Positions 34,925 through 48,863 of a stretch of DNA of 64,000 bases are shown here, in pieces. This stretch comes from Alloascoidea hylecoeti (Eukaryota), in NCBI GenBank assembly GCA_001600815.1, contig BCKZ01000020.1, positions 274,831 to 338,830 on the forward strand, written 5' to 3'. How positions within the stretch are numbered: the first letter of the stretch is position 1; every line of letters starts with the position of its first letter. The notes below the pieces were generated by a model. The model did no database searches. It was not told the DNA's origin and saw only the letters and a list, made by a program, of their open reading frames with translations. Made by a program: the position numbers and the translations under genes.

Positions 34925-37900
34925 ATGGTATTCAAAACAAATGGTCGGAATGTTCGACGGAGGGACTATGATGATGATATCAGTAAGTTATTTAATATAT
35001 CCTTTTTTTATTATACTTTTAAAACTAACGATAATATTCTAAAGATGAACCTTCGTTGAAAAAGCAAAAGAAAAGGTCGATTGCTGATGATGACGACTCG
35101 GTACAAATAAATGTTGATAATCGAAACACCAATGGACACAGAATACATAAACGACGGCGTAGTAATGTTGTGGATTATTCTCTTTCTTCAAGATCTAAGA
35201 ATCATAATAATTCACAGCCTTCAACTTCTAAAACAAATACAACAATCGCGTCGTCATCTTCCGAAATTTTGGAAAATACAAATAATTTATCTATAGAAGA
35301 CAAAAGGAAACTTGCAATTGAATCTACAATTAATGAAATGGCTGAATTAACGGAAAACTATGATGATAAAGTAAGACAATTGTTTTATTTGGAAAAATTT
35401 GTATCTCTCGCGTTTTATGATCCAGAAGTGGAGAAGTTAAATAATTCTGAAGTTTTTCAACAGGTATGTAAATTATTATCATTATCAATATGTTTTCATT
35501 CATTCGTTCATTCCTAACATAATTTTTTTTTTAGTATTATGAAAAATATGATCTTTGGAATAAAGTTGAAGAAGGTGGTGGGTCTCGGCATTCTCGAAAT
35601 ACGCGTGGCCATACTGATGAGATTAAAAGATTAGTTATTGAAGCACGACATCAAAGAGAATTGGATGCCGAACGAAAAACTATATCAATTGCTTCTAAGG
35701 GGAAAAGACAAATTGGATATGACTCAAAATCTATTAAGACATTAAAACCAAAGGGTCATCATCGTAGAGGAAGAATAAAGAAATCTCGGCTTTCTAAATT
35801 GAAAGACTCAACTGTTCAATCAGAAATAGATGAAAATGATAAAGATAAAGTAGTAATAAAAAATGAAACTGATATTTCTATAATACACACTCCTAGCGAT
35901 GATGAATCTGACATAAACTTACTATCTCGTGATTACTCAATTGTTAAAAAAATTAAAATAAATTTCAAACTACCACCACCAGCAATAACTCATCCAAACC
36001 ATATACCAAAAAAAGAATACGGTTCTTTAGATACATATTTATCATCATTCAAATCTCTTGATGAAGATTATCCAATTCAAGAATACAATCATTATATATC
36101 AGATCAAGTTAAACTACTACAAAAAATCAATGAAGCTAAAAAAGATGGTATATTATCTGAAGATGGCCCTAAAAGAAAAGAATTACCCTTTATTGATTCA
36201 ATAAAATCTCAAACTCACCAAGATCATTTAATTACACATGCAATACATTTTTCAAAACTTATGTCCGATGAAAGAAGATTTCACATGTCTCAATGTAGAA
36301 AAATTAGTGGAATGATTCTTGCACATTTTAAAAAACAAATGGGTGCAGCTGATAGAGCTAAAAAAGAAAATGAAAGAAGAGTACGACAATTGGCAAGAAA
36401 TACTGTTAATCATGTTAAAAAGAGATGGCAAAAGGCAGAAAAAGCATATAAAATAATTCTTCAACAACAACAAGATGAAGCAAGGAAAATTGCTGGTAAA
36501 AAACATCTTAGTGAAATTTTAAAAAAATCTAGTGATTTACTTACATCTCAAAGACAATCAATTTCTACTAGAGATCTTGAAGATACAAGCGATGAAGCGA
36601 ATTTTGATGAAAATGATGATGATGATGTATCAATCGAGGAACTACGAAAAAAATATGCTGCACTTGAAGATTTCAAAATCGGTTCCGACAAGAATAACAA
36701 TGTTGAGGACAATGAATCTATAAATGATTTGACTTCTGATTCATCTTTGGCGGACAGTGATGATGAAAGTTTAATTGATAGTGACGATGAAGACGACGAT
36801 CAACTAAATATAGAAGAAGATAAAGAAGAAACGGGAAATAATTTTAATAAAGAATCACAACTCAACTTAAATACCGGGATCGAACAACATGATAGTGTAC
36901 TAGATGAATCTGATGAGGATATTCTTTCGGATACTGATTCTTCAATGACCGATGATGATTCTAGTGATGATGATGAAGACGACAACGATGGCGAACAAAT
37001 AGAACATCGTTCTGCCCTAGCAGATTTGTTTTCTTCAAACCCTAAAGATATGGAGGATGAAACAGAATATTCCTCTGAATCTGAAGATGTTGGTGAGAAA
37101 GAACCAGAACTAGAACCATCACGATCAAGCAGTCCTGATGTTTTAGAAGATAATGAGAAAGATCAATCTGAGCCCACACCTTCTTCTAGTCCTGAAGATG
37201 AAAAAGATTCCACAGGTATAAAGGAAATTACAATCGAAGAACAGCCAAGTAAAGGCTTTTCTGATACGCCCCAAGTCTCTGATGTTCCTGATGTATTACC
37301 TTTATTACGTGGTACACTTCGAGAATATCAAAAACAAGGTGTAGACTGGCTTGTAAGTCTATTTCATAATAGGACAAATGGAATTTTAGCAGATGAAATG
37401 GGTTTGGGTAAAACAATACAAACAATTGCTTTGCTTTCTTATTTAGCATCCGAAAGGCATATATGGGGACCACACTTAATTGTGGTTCCTACATCTGTAA
37501 TGTTAAACTGGGAAATGGAGTTTAAAAGATTTGCTCCTGGATTTAAAGTGTTGACATATTATGGAAGTCCCGCCCAACGTAAAGAAAAGAGAAGAGGTTG
37601 GAATAAAGAAGATTCTTGGCACATTTGCATAACGTCATATCAATTGGTAGTACAAGATCATCAAGCATTTAGGAGGAAAAGGTGGAATTATATGGTACTT
37701 GATGAAGCTCATAATATCAAAAATTTTCATTCTCGTAGATGGCAATCATTATTAAATTTCAATACTGAACATCGATTATTACTTACCGGAACACCCCTTC
37801 AAAATAACATTGCTGAATTATGGTCTTTATTATATTTCTTAATGCCATCTACAAAAGCTGTCCAATCAATGCCAGAAGGATTTGCAAATCTTCAGGATTT

Positions 37901-39878
37901 CCAACAGTGGTTTGGTAAACCAATCGATAATATAGTTGAAATTACATCATCTGGAGGAAACAGTATAAATGAAGAAGCTAAGAATACAGTAAACAAATTA
38001 CATCAAGTTTTGCGTCCATTTTTATTACGTCGACTCAAAGCAGATGTTGAAAAACAAATGCCTGCGAAATATGAGCATATTATTTACTGTAGATTATCTA
38101 AAAGACAAAGATATTTATATGATGATTTCATGTCACGAGCTCAAACCAAAGAAACGTTAGCATCTGGGAATTTTCTAAGCATTATAAATTGTTTAATGCA
38201 ACTTAGGAAAGTTTGCAATCATCCTGATTTATTTGAAGTTAGACCAATTAACACAAGTTTTGGAATTGAACATTCGGTAGTTAGTGATTTTACAACTAAA
38301 GCATTGTTGGTAAAGAAGCAATTTTTACAAGATCATGATGATAAAGAAATTGATTTGAAAGTGCTTAACCTTATACCAGCTTTAAATGAATCTATGAGTA
38401 TGAAAGAATATATTACAGTATCAAAGATTAAAGCCGATAAACAACTATATCAAGAATGTTTGAAACTGGATGGATTAATTGCTAAACCTGTGGCACCAAA
38501 TTTTTCTTCATTAGAGGAATTTCAAAAATATCAACAATATGAAACAAATAAGCACGACCTAGAACTCATTCGACATAAACTATACATCAATAGTTTTAGA
38601 TCGGTCAAGAGGCCAATGTATGGTACAGATACTGTTTCATTTTTAACAATAAAGAAGACAAATCCTTACTCAAATGATAGTGTCTATGATTGGAGCAGAA
38701 CAAAGACATATGATTCTATGGTACTGGACGTAAATGAAAGACATGATATGATGAAGGATTCAATTGAAAAGTTTGCTTTTGTTACACCAGCCGCTGTAAC
38801 ATTAGATATGCCTTCTTTAACATTAGGATCTAGTATTCCCGAAGAAGAATTAATGCCTCTTAAGGTTAATTATAAAGATCCATTCCATCAAGCACAAGTA
38901 AAGTTATCGATAGCGATGCCTGATAAACATTTATTACAATTTGACTGTGGTAAACTTCAAAAATTAGCCTCTTTGTTATTACAACTTAAAGCTGGTGGTC
39001 ACCGTGCTTTAATCTTCACTCAAATGACTAAAGTTCTCGATATATTAGAACAGTTTCTAAATATTCATGGATATCTTTATCTTAGATTAGATGGTGCAAC
39101 AAAGATTGAAGATCGTCAAATTTCAACTGAACGTTTCAATAACGATCCCAGAATTACTTGTTTTATTCTTTCAACACGATCAGGAGGTCTAGGTATTAAT
39201 CTAACAGGAGCTGACACTGTTATTTTTTATGACTCTGATTGGAATCCTGCTATGGATAAACAATGTCAAGATAGATGTCATCGAATTGGGCAAACAAGAG
39301 ATGTTCATATATATCGTTTTGTATCGGAACATACAATTGAATCAAATATCTTAAGGAAAGCTAATCAGAAAAGAATGCTGGATAATGTTGTTATCCAAGA
39401 TGGTGATTTCACTACAGATTATTTTACAAGATTATCAGTTTCTGATCTTTTAGGTTCAGATATAATTGAGAGTGATGATAAACTATTGTTACAAGATGGT
39501 AATAACAAGGGCGGTAATATAGAGAAAGTCCTCGCTGAGGCAGAAGATGTGGACGACGCAGCCGCTGCTAGAGTGGCGATGAAAGAGGTTGCACTGGATG
39601 TTGAAGACTTTGATGAGTCGAATTCTGTTCATCCGAGTCGGTCTGAAACACCTGGACTTGGATTAGCAAATGGTGAATCGTCCACTCCACAAGCTTCTTC
39701 ACCACAGAGTTCGTTGTTATTACGAAGTGATGCTACTCCTGATCAAGAAGGAATGATGATAAATGAAGAACAAGAACAGGAGCAGGAACAAGAACGGGAA
39801 GAAGATGAGGATGATAATATTGGTGACATCGAGGAATACATGATTCGCTTCATAAGAGATGGTTACTATTGGGATTAA
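34925..39878 (+). CDS. SWR1: Swr1 Snf2-family ATPase; exons 34925-34982, 35045-35463, 35535-39878 (~1606 aa)
   Basis: HSA-like region, acidic linker, GILADEMGLGKTIQTI, LDEAHNIKN, split ATPase, LLQFDCGKLQ, QCQDRCHRIGQTRDVHIYR; two frame-restoring introns. Confidence 0.95.
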
Positions 39879-40484
39879 TTATAATTCTGTTTTATAGCTA
39901 TATTACTCCTGGTAACTTTGTACAATAAATTATATAAAAAGAATTATTTTCACAGCAAGTATAAATATCTAATTATGCCTCCATCGTTTTAACCCAATTT
40001 ACTGTTAGTGAAAATGAAGTTTAGCAAAGCTTTATACCATATATTCGCAGAGTATCTTTTTTGTTTTTGTATTTCCATTAATAATTTGTATCTTCTAGAG
40101 TATCGGAAAAATTTTCCAGGTCTTCTCATTAATATTGCCATTTAAATTTAAATTTGCATGTCAATAACTTTTCGACCGCGTAGCGTTTTTATATTAACTC
40201 TAGATCTTCAATTGTGATTGTAGTATGTTTCGAAAACATAGTTATAATGATAAATAAGTTGGCTCGCTAAATGTTTCAGCTTCAATTGATACATTTACTG
40301 AAAAATGAAAAGTGCTACATGCGTTCGGCTTTGGTCTCGGCCTTATCAGAGCAAAAGTTATCGCCCATGTGTAGTATGTATCCCTTACATACGCTCTACA
40401 ACAATATGACGTTAACACAGGAAGTCTAAATATTAATCTTCATCAACTAATCTCCATTTCTTACCCTTCCCACCTTCCCTACTA

Positions 40485-41597
40485 ATGCCTTCACCGATAT
40501 TTTCATCCAGACCCTCTCCTGGCTTTTCGCTACATGCCGTCGCAAATGGCGTCTTACTCTCCGTTCAAGGAATATACAAAACGATACAAAATCCACTGCT
40601 GCGAAATGATGAGCACTATGTTCTATTAAACCAAACAATAAAGCAATCTTTTATTTCACAAATAACAGTATGGGTTCCAGTATTTGTTCTCAAATCTTTA
40701 GTAGGATCCCTGATTAGTTTTTATAATGATGATGTTAACAAGTTGAATACAGCACTGGAGACTATTATTTTCATTCAAGATACAGTATTGAATCCATCTT
40801 TATTTTTTATAACTTCAGCAACTTATTTTAATCCAGATTTCAATGGTTTATTCTTAACCTCTATTCAATTCTTGGATAATACCTCGGAAGTTACACATGG
40901 AAGTGGAAAGTCTAACCGCTACTACCCGGGCTTAGTAAGGCGCGAGAAATCAAAGCCACAAACTAGTTCTGATATTCGATTTGCTTCAAGAATCTTAAAA
41001 AAAGTAGGATTACAAAAAATAAATGATGGAGGTTTATACTCTGCCTTTTTAATCCGATATTTACAAAGAGCTGGTTTATCATTAGCCGTTCTCTTGATTT
41101 CTTACACCCCAATAATAGGAAAATTTCTCATTTCTTCCATTCTTTTCAGTAACATAAATGGAATAATAGGTACAACAGCTTCAGTTCCGGTATTTCTAGC
41201 AAGTTTATTAGTTCCAAGTAGTTGGGTCGTTATTTTAATAACTACTTTATGGTGTTCTGAATCTTTAGTAGAAGAAATTTTCAACCTTTATTTTTCTCGT
41301 GTTCCTTTTTCAAGAGATGAAAAACGACAGTGGGTTAAAGCAAGAGAAGGGATATTATATGGATTTGGTTTAACGTTTTTACTTCTACTTAAGATTCCTT
41401 TTATTGGTGTAGTTGTTTATGGTATAGCAGAATCTACTTCTGGTTATATTATAACCAAGATTACAGAACCAGTACCTATTTTGGCAAAAGACTTAGTACT
41501 TTGGATACCACAAGAGATATTATGGATCAATAAACCTAGGGAATTCACAGAACCCGAAGAGACCTTTGTGGATGCTTCTAATTGGTCTGATAACTAA
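40485..41597 (+). CDS. Lds1/Lds2/Rrt8-like (EI24-family) membrane protein
   Basis: Multi-TM pattern and the recalled family motif YFSRVPFSRDEKRQWVKAREGILYGFG...KIPFIGVVVYGIAE. Confidence 0.7.
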   Translation: MPSPIFSSRPSPGFSLHAVANGVLLSVQGIYKTIQNPLLRNDEHYVLLNQTIKQSFISQITVWVPVFVLKSLVGSLISFYNDDVNKLNTALETIIFIQDTVLNPSLFFITSATYFNPDFNGLFLTSIQFLDNTSEVTHGSGKSNRYYPGLVRREKSKPQTSSDIRFASRILKKVGLQKINDGGLYSAFLIRYLQRAGLSLAVLLISYTPIIGKFLISSILFSNINGIIGTTASVPVFLASLLVPSSWVVILITTLWCSESLVEEIFNLYFSRVPFSRDEKRQWVKAREGILYGFGLTFLLLLKIPFIGVVVYGIAESTSGYIITKITEPVPILAKDLVLWIPQEILWINKPREFTEPEETFVDASNWSDN

Positions 41598-42040
41598 TGA
41601 TCTCTTCAACTTTTGATTACCACGCGGTCATGACCATCAAGTACACAATTCCAAGCTTGGTCATGTTCGCTTTGAATTTATATTATTATACTATATATAA
41701 TGGGTTAATTATGACTATCATATGCATTGCTCTTGAAATTGTGATCATGAATATAGTGTCATCTTTTTTTTTTTGGTTGATACACACATAAAAATGAAAT
41801 ATCCAGCTGTTTTCGTCATATTTCTTGGTATTTTTTTATTAATAGCTTAGATTTAGAGAAGTAGAAAATAGATATATTATATACACATTAAATAAAGAAG
41901 CTAGAGAGGATAATAATATTATTAAGGTCCATTTGTTCAATAGTGGAGTGAGCCATACTCCCAAAAAATCTTCTCACGTTGTTTTCATTGAAACCTTATT
42001 CCAAAAAGACCAAAACACAAAACCCCATAAAGATTCAAAA

Positions 42041-42161
42041 AGATTACAGCACCACAGTTTCACGTATGGTCTCCCACTACATTACTCGGTGTGGCTCTTA
42101 GCAGCTTAACTACTGTTGATCGGACGGGGAACGGTGCTTTCTGCTAGATATGGCCGTAACC
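42041..42161 (-). rRNA. 5S rRNA gene, dispersed copy
   Basis: Reverse complement GGTTACGGCCATATCTAGCAGAAAGCACCGTTCCCCGTCCGATCAACAGTAGTTAAGCTGCTAAGAGCC...GGTGCTGTAATCT is co-linear with yeast 5S (121 nt), with compensatory changes and an oligo-T terminator. Confidence 0.96.
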
Positions 42162-42821
42162 GACATATTTAGTTTTGTCGTGAGGAAGTTTAGGGGTTCC
42201 AGTAACCACGGAGTCTGTCTGAGACGATGACGAGAGCGCTACGAAATTAGAAAAAGCAAGAACAAGTAATGAATATGTAACTAGAAGATAAGCTGACAGC
42301 TGATGACTGTATATCGATATCAGGGGAATTGGGAGTTTATCCATATAATAACAACATGCCAATCAGGGTAACTTTCATACAAAGATGAAAATGGACCCTC
42401 TGCTCAGATAATATGAAAGATGAATTTGGAAGGAAATAAGAGTGAAATCTTTGCAACTAATTGCTTCTTCTCAGTTTCATTTCAAGATAAATGTTTCATA
42501 TCATTCTTACTTACGTGATAATTTTTGACTTTGTCCTTTAAAAGTGCGTAATTTAATCGATATATATTTTCTAGCCTAACGAGTTCCCAATATTTATATC
42601 CTTAGGTTTTAGTTCTAGCTATCTCAAACGAAGGGTAGTGTGGTAAAGACCTTGAATCTTTAAATTGTCAATTGCAATAGAAATACTACTTACATATAAT
42701 TAAGTATAACTCATAATTTTTAGGAACACAAACACAAAAACAATATTCCAAGCCAATTATACAACTGCAGCTCGTAATTTTCAATTGCTATCAATATATA
42801 TTAATATTTATATGAATTTAA

Positions 42822-43760
42822 ATGGATCCAATAAGTATTGGCTTCCTAGTTCTTGATGTTGGTTTAAACGCTTTCATGACAGCTTCAAGACGTTTAGAAA
42901 ATCAACATGCTCGGCAAATACAACAATTAAAAAAACATAACTCCTCAATATCCTATAACACAGATAAAAAGAAATTTATTATCGATCCGTGTATTAGTAT
43001 TAAATCAGGTTGCCTTATAATTAACTATATCAAAATTCTTGATGGTCAAGGTAAATTAATATTTTCACTACAGAGGAGGTTAACTAAATCCAAAATTAAA
43101 CTATCACGATTACAATTAAAGTCACAGGGTTATAAGTATAATGATAGATGGTATTTATACGATAAGAAGAATTTAAATGTTGCTATTATATTTATAAAAT
43201 CTCCGATTGTTCACATATTTTTCAACAAGAAATTCAATTTACCTACTTATATTTCTTCAACAAGAACAAGGATTAAAGATAATCAAAAATTTCAAGTATT
43301 TTGTGAATATGGAAAACCGTTCTGTTCGTTAGAACATGGTTATTTTAAATGGACAGAGGATTTATATTTAGAAAAGGTTAATGAGAAAGAAACAAATATT
43401 CTATGTTTGGGTAAACTAATTAAAAAAGATCAAGTTCAACATTCACATCAATCTCAAAATTCAAACTCATATGAATTTTATTATGATGATAATGAAATTG
43501 ATTTAAAAGTTATTATAGCTACTTCACTTGTTTCTTTTTTTAATCAATGGGAAATGAATTGTAAGGTTAAATCTGTTAATGTCTACCCTGGTCGTAAAAA
43601 TAGGCATAGTTATGATAATAGAAGCAAGCGGGTGAAGATTATTTATGCAGTTAAAATAATATTAAGAGATGGAATACTCTTCATTAAGAAAAATTTCTGG
43701 TTCAACAGAAATAGGAATTCAAAACCTACGATATCGGCGATTAACATAAATCGGAATTAA
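42822..43760 (+). CDS. Uncharacterised protein (312 aa), possibly tubby/LURP-one-like
   Basis: Intact ATG ORF; beta-rich pattern ending in the helix IDLKVIIATSLVSFFNQW; family assignment tentative. Confidence 0.6.
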   Translation: MDPISIGFLVLDVGLNAFMTASRRLENQHARQIQQLKKHNSSISYNTDKKKFIIDPCISIKSGCLIINYIKILDGQGKLIFSLQRRLTKSKIKLSRLQLKSQGYKYNDRWYLYDKKNLNVAIIFIKSPIVHIFFNKKFNLPTYISSTRTRIKDNQKFQVFCEYGKPFCSLEHGYFKWTEDLYLEKVNEKETNILCLGKLIKKDQVQHSHQSQNSNSYEFYYDDNEIDLKVIIATSLVSFFNQWEMNCKVKSVNVYPGRKNRHSYDNRSKRVKIIYAVKIILRDGILFIKKNFWFNRNRNSKPTISAININRN

Positions 43761-44163
43761 TTATTATATTCAGTTAAATTTAGATTTTAACATTTTCCTC
43801 ACTAATCGAAATTTTGCAAAACCAGAGGTCCTGTAGATATAAGAGGTATCAGATCATCTTATTGGAGTTATGATGAACGAAGAGGATGGGATCCTAAACG
43901 CTGTCGATGTTTACACATGACATAAAAAATAATTTATATAAGATTAATAAATTTATTAACCTTTGATTGTGGAAACAATTAAAAAGTATGGTCAAATGCA
44001 ATTATATAATGTGCACCTACTCTCATTATATATACTATAAATCAAATGAATCATTAATATTAATATTACCTCCCTTATCGTTTTTTATCATTATATCCTT
44101 AAATGTATTCCATCCTTTCTTTTCTTCTATCATTCTAATCTTAGCTGTAGGTATCAAAGTAAT

Positions 44164-45784
44164 TTAGGGTATAACCAACCATTTCTGTGCCTGGAAGAAT
44201 TCATAAATTTTGGCAGTTTTATTGACATCGATTTTAATTAATTCTCTAGCTGTTCTTTTTCTTAAGATTCCACCAGTTCTTAATAATTCTCTAAATAATG
44301 TTTCTTTAATAGCAAGGTACGGTTTTGGATAAAGACGTAATTGAGAACAAAGTTGCTGTTCTTCAGGACTTAATAAATCAACATCAGCGGCGTGTGATAT
44401 ATCAATGGGAGTAGCTTTCTTTGAATTATTATTTTTAAAATCGTTTCCATTTGTGAATGGATATGGTGACAAAGGTCTTGGCGATCTTCCATTAACTTTA
44501 AAAGAAGTTGCCATTGAATTTGCTGTATGTCTTGCAGGACCAGAAGATGATAAAGGAGCATTACCCATACTAAATCTAGCTAACATATTAAGTCTATTTG
44601 CTTTGTCCTTTTTAAATTTTGCAGCAACTTGAAATGATGTTATACCGTTACGACGATAATCTTGTAATTCTGCTATTTGTCTCCTACATTGATATTCAGT
44701 TAATAAACCTCCAGCAAACTCTTCAAAATCAGCGGGAGTCATTAACCTAGCAAATGGTTTCATTCTATTGAATAAATCTTTTTCTTCTTTGCTTCTTTTT
44801 TTTTCAGAAGATATATTCCTTCGATATTCTAATAAATGATGTGTTAACATTGTTCTTTTCCTTTCAGCTCTTGAAGTCAAACGTGAATTATAAATATGCA
44901 AGACAGTAAGTTTTAAATTGATATCTTGCTCATTATCCTCTGGTTCAAATATCATATCTTGAACTACTATATCAGCTTCATTTTCATACTCTGTGTCAAA
45001 CTCTAAACGCCCAGGCATATAACCTTGAACTTCATGACAACTAGGAACGGAAGCAATTGTCTTGTCCTTAGGTAGAGGCATTGGAGCATTCCTTCTAGCT
45101 TCCAGTCGAGCCTTTTGTCTCCTTGTAAATTCTGGTACAGAAATGTGACTGAAATCTCTTTTTAAATCAGGTAAAGGATAGTCGGGACTATCAATATACA
45201 CTTTCAAATAATGATCTCTAGTTTCTTCTTTTGATCTTCCCCCTATGTTTTCGGCAATATCTTGCCAATTACCCAAACCGTAGGCCTCAGCACCTTCAAT
45301 TAAAGACAATTCCTCATCAGCTCCCCAATCCTCTGAGAAAATAGGATATGAATGCTTCTCCACAATGTGGTAGTCATGCCAAGGTTTGTGGGTCCCACTG
45401 GAGGATCCTTCAGTAAAACATTTGACACAAAGATCATATTCCACGCACTCCGCACAGCGGATTCTTACCATGTGTGTGCAATCGCAAGCACAAACATCGC
45501 AATGAAACCTGAATGATAGAAGAAGTTAGTAAACAATTAAAATACACACTCATCACCAATTGCAAATGATTGACTAACTAGGAAAGAGATGCCCATAATA
45601 CGTTACTATGGCAACACATACAAAGTAGGTTTTCGTGGCATGTATGTTTGGAACCCAGCCAATCACAAGCAGACACAGCTATCTGCCCCCTTTTTTGTAT
45701 AGAGATGTGGCGAAAAAAGACATACTTTACTCCTGGCTCTGTGTTTAAAGCCGGTCCAGCGTTTTTACGGTGAATAACAGTCAT
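44164..45784 (-). CDS. ADA2: SAGA/ADA adaptor Ada2; exons 45784-45726 and 45508-44164 (467 aa)
   Basis: ZZ finger KFHCDVCACDCT...YDLCVKCF, SANT DWGADEEL...GLGNWQDIA, GYMPGRLEF, SWIRM; 217-nt intron GTATGT..TACTAAC..CAG. Confidence 0.95.
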
Positions 45785-46090
45785 TCTTGGCACTGAAAAT
45801 CGTAGTTTTTTCAGTCTGGCAACACACAGCCGAAATTTGGCTTTGTTTATTTTTGCTGGAACCTTCAGGAAAAAATGGTCATTTGCTGCAAATTTACATA
45901 AACAGCTCAGCACGTGACGGACGCCTTTCGCGTACAAATGCATGCTTATGTAATTTACGTAGTTTCCTATTTGGGATTTGCAAGTCACAGCCTGAGGTGT
46001 GTAATTATCAGTCCGGCTCACAATGATAATATCATACTCCAATTTTAATCATCAAACTCCAAATATCAAATATCAGCATATTAATTCAAA

Positions 46091-46713
46091 ATGGTACGTT
46101 AATGAAATATTTCCATCAGGGAGAGTTTTGTTCATGGATATATCGATAAAATGTAGTAGCTCAACACAATATCCTATAGAATACTAGTTGATCTATTAAA
46201 CGATAAAATAAGAAGATTTGGCAATCGAAATCATTTATACGACATTCCATGAATCAAAACTCATATCAAATAGCCGGATGATTCTAACATATATTATAGG
46301 GTCGTGTTAGAACTAAGACAGTCAAGCGTGCCTCAAAGGTCCTCATTGAGCGTTACTACCCGAAACTCACTCTCGACTTCGAGACAAACAAAAGATTAGC
46401 TGATGAAATTGCTGATATTCAGTCAAAACGTTTACGTAACAAAATTGCTGGTTATACAACCCATTTAATGAAACGTATTCAAAAAGGTCCAGTCCGTGGT
46501 ATTTCTTTCAAATTACAAGAAGAGGAAAGAGAAAGAAAGGATCAATACGTTCCAGATGTTTCTGCTTTGGACTTGAGTAAAACTGATGGTACTTTAGATG
46601 TTGATAACGAAACTGCTGCTTTAGTTAAGAGCTTAGGTTTCAAATTACCTTTAAATCTTGTCCCTGTTAGTGCAAACAGAACCCCACGATACAGAAATAA
46701 CAATAGAAACTAA
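46091..46713 (+). CDS. RPS17: 40S ribosomal protein S17 (eS17); exons 46091-46093 and 46300-46713
   Basis: ATG|GTACGT...TTCTAAC...TAG|GGT gives [28 protein letters not shown]...[19 protein letters not shown]. Confidence 0.97.
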
Positions 46714-47269
46714 ATATATTTAATGGTATTATAATATATTCTATTTCTTCCCTTTATATGACTCTTTCAAATGAATGATAGTATTATATATAGTATAATT
46801 AAAATGGTGATTGCCCAAGATTGTGTCAATATAATTATTTAACTAAAGTAGCTCTATGCTAACTTACAAATTAAACTGAAATTATATTAAAGGGTTTATA
46901 TCAAATGTAGATGTAAATAATGATTGTGGTTAGTATGTCGGTATTAATAGAAATTTGATGTACCATATGCTTAAGATTAACCATCATTCTATACAATGGA
47001 ATTAACACTTAATTAATATACCGTACAGTATAAACCGTCTTTTCTTTTAATTAAACTTCCTTTTTGTATATTGAATATATCGAAACTTTAATATTATTAA
47101 TATTAACCATTCGAAACATTAACGACTAGCAAAAGCGACATATCATGGTCTAACAAGAGAACTATAGAAATCCGACGAAAAGCGCGTGATATTTCAGGGA
47201 AAGACTAGTTCAGAGTTGGTATATCATAGAAGTATTATAACGATTAGTAATACCTTTTATTCAATTGAG

Positions 47270-47583
47270 TTTTGAATGTGGTATTTTTCAACTACAATGT
47301 ATCAATCCATAATAAATCAAATGGAACAGCTACGTTACCATAAGAGCTCCCCAAACCCAAATTCCATTAAGAAACGTTTGGGACAGGCTCACAATTGACT
47401 CGAAAAACAAGCACTCAGAGTTAGTTACATTGAAAGGTGGTTTCAAGAACTGTCTTCCAGAAGTACGTATTATCATGGTTCTGTGATCAGCTAGATTAAT
47501 TTTGGCTAATTCATCGCATCCAAGCCAAAGCAAAGCAACTAGAACAAGTTATCGCAGCAAGAGGAGTGCATGTCGGCTGCTAG
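47270..47583 (+). mobile_element. Tc1/mariner transposase relic 3 (C-terminal part, heavily decayed)
   Basis: Frameshifted blocks in the correct order: VFFNYNVSIH (~IFMQDNASIH), SPNPNSIK/NVWDRL (~SPDLNPIENVW), HSELVTLKGG, LEQVIAARGVHVGC* (~L.AVI.ARG..T.Y*). Confidence 0.6.
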
Positions 47584-48863
47584 AATTGTACCTAGCGATA
47601 CTTAAATAGATTAGGGAACGTTATTATATTTTATTTAGTAATATTTCCTTGGGAATTGATCGTAATCAAGATTTTATGTTTATATTCTTCAATGAAAAAC
47701 AACGTTTCACCGTAACAAGACTTTATTATTCATGACTTCGAGGCTTGGGATCATATATATGAAATACTTTCTGGGAATTAAGTTTTGATATGATGAATCT
47801 GATAATCCAAGATAAAAATGTTAACGACCGATTTCATATTAATACTTCCAAAAATCTGCCAACACCTCATATATAAAAATGAAGCCGTTGTTTTGATTTT
47901 TGAAGAGTCTCCAATTAAAGATCTCATTGGTCACATTGATAAAATTATCATGATCAAAGTATCTGGCTAAGAGATAGGGCAATAATTCCTTGATGTCCAA
48001 CATCGTGTGGAATTTGGAAACAAATTTTGCAGGGGGATGCAATTGCTAGCTAGCGCTTAAAACATTCTCTTAGGATCCGGACTGTAGGAATAGATTTATA
48101 AACATGACTGTGCTCTCCAACTACTATTATTGACTTTTTGTCGTAGAGAGATAGCACTTATTAAAATGAATAGAGCTGATTGTGTATGACAGCATTATAT
48201 GTACGTGTATGTGTTACAATATAAAAAGGATAATGAAATTACACAAAGTTATAATGATATATTCCACTCTATCAAAATTCTTGATGTAAATTAATATTTT
48301 CATTTCAAAAGAGGTTAATCAAATTGAAAAAGAATTAACATTCGAACCAATTACAATTACAGAAATTACAGGTACATGTATAGGGAGAATTTAAACGTTT
48401 TAATGAAATCTCAAAATATTCATTTATATTGAGTGAAAGATTAAATTTATAATCAAACAATATTATGTAGGGTATAGTGTATTTCCGCTTTCGGCAATGT
48501 GGCAATATTTAATTTTTCTTTTATCGGCTGGTATAAAAGCAAGTACCGACAAACGACATCATTATTTTCATGAGAATCTATGCTAATAAATAATGGCAAT
48601 TGGCTTCCAAATATTTTTTTAATATATTTCAAGGATATTACTACTTCTTGGAAATATCGCGATAGCTACTGTACTATGCATAAACCATATCATTATCATT
48701 CAAGGTATTTTTGTATTGGTTTTTTTTAATTGATTTTGGATGACATTAATAAATTTAAAAGGAGCAAAATTAAAATTAAAATTGCAATTAATATTGTGAA
48801 TTAGTTTTTACATGTATATAGCGAATGAAATATATATGAATTCAAAAAAATGGAATGAATTCT

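Noticed and set aside
42162..42300. Possible tRNA-5S fusion as in Yarrowia
   Set aside because: No cloverleaf or GTTCRA B-box immediately upstream of the 5S gene.
45578..46042. 154-aa minus-strand ORF
   Set aside because: Composite of promoter sequence, ADA2 exon 1 and intron read-through.
47700..48050. Coding-like minus-strand fragment (ORF 47839-48042)
   Set aside because: Possibly a decayed gene, but I could not recognise any family.
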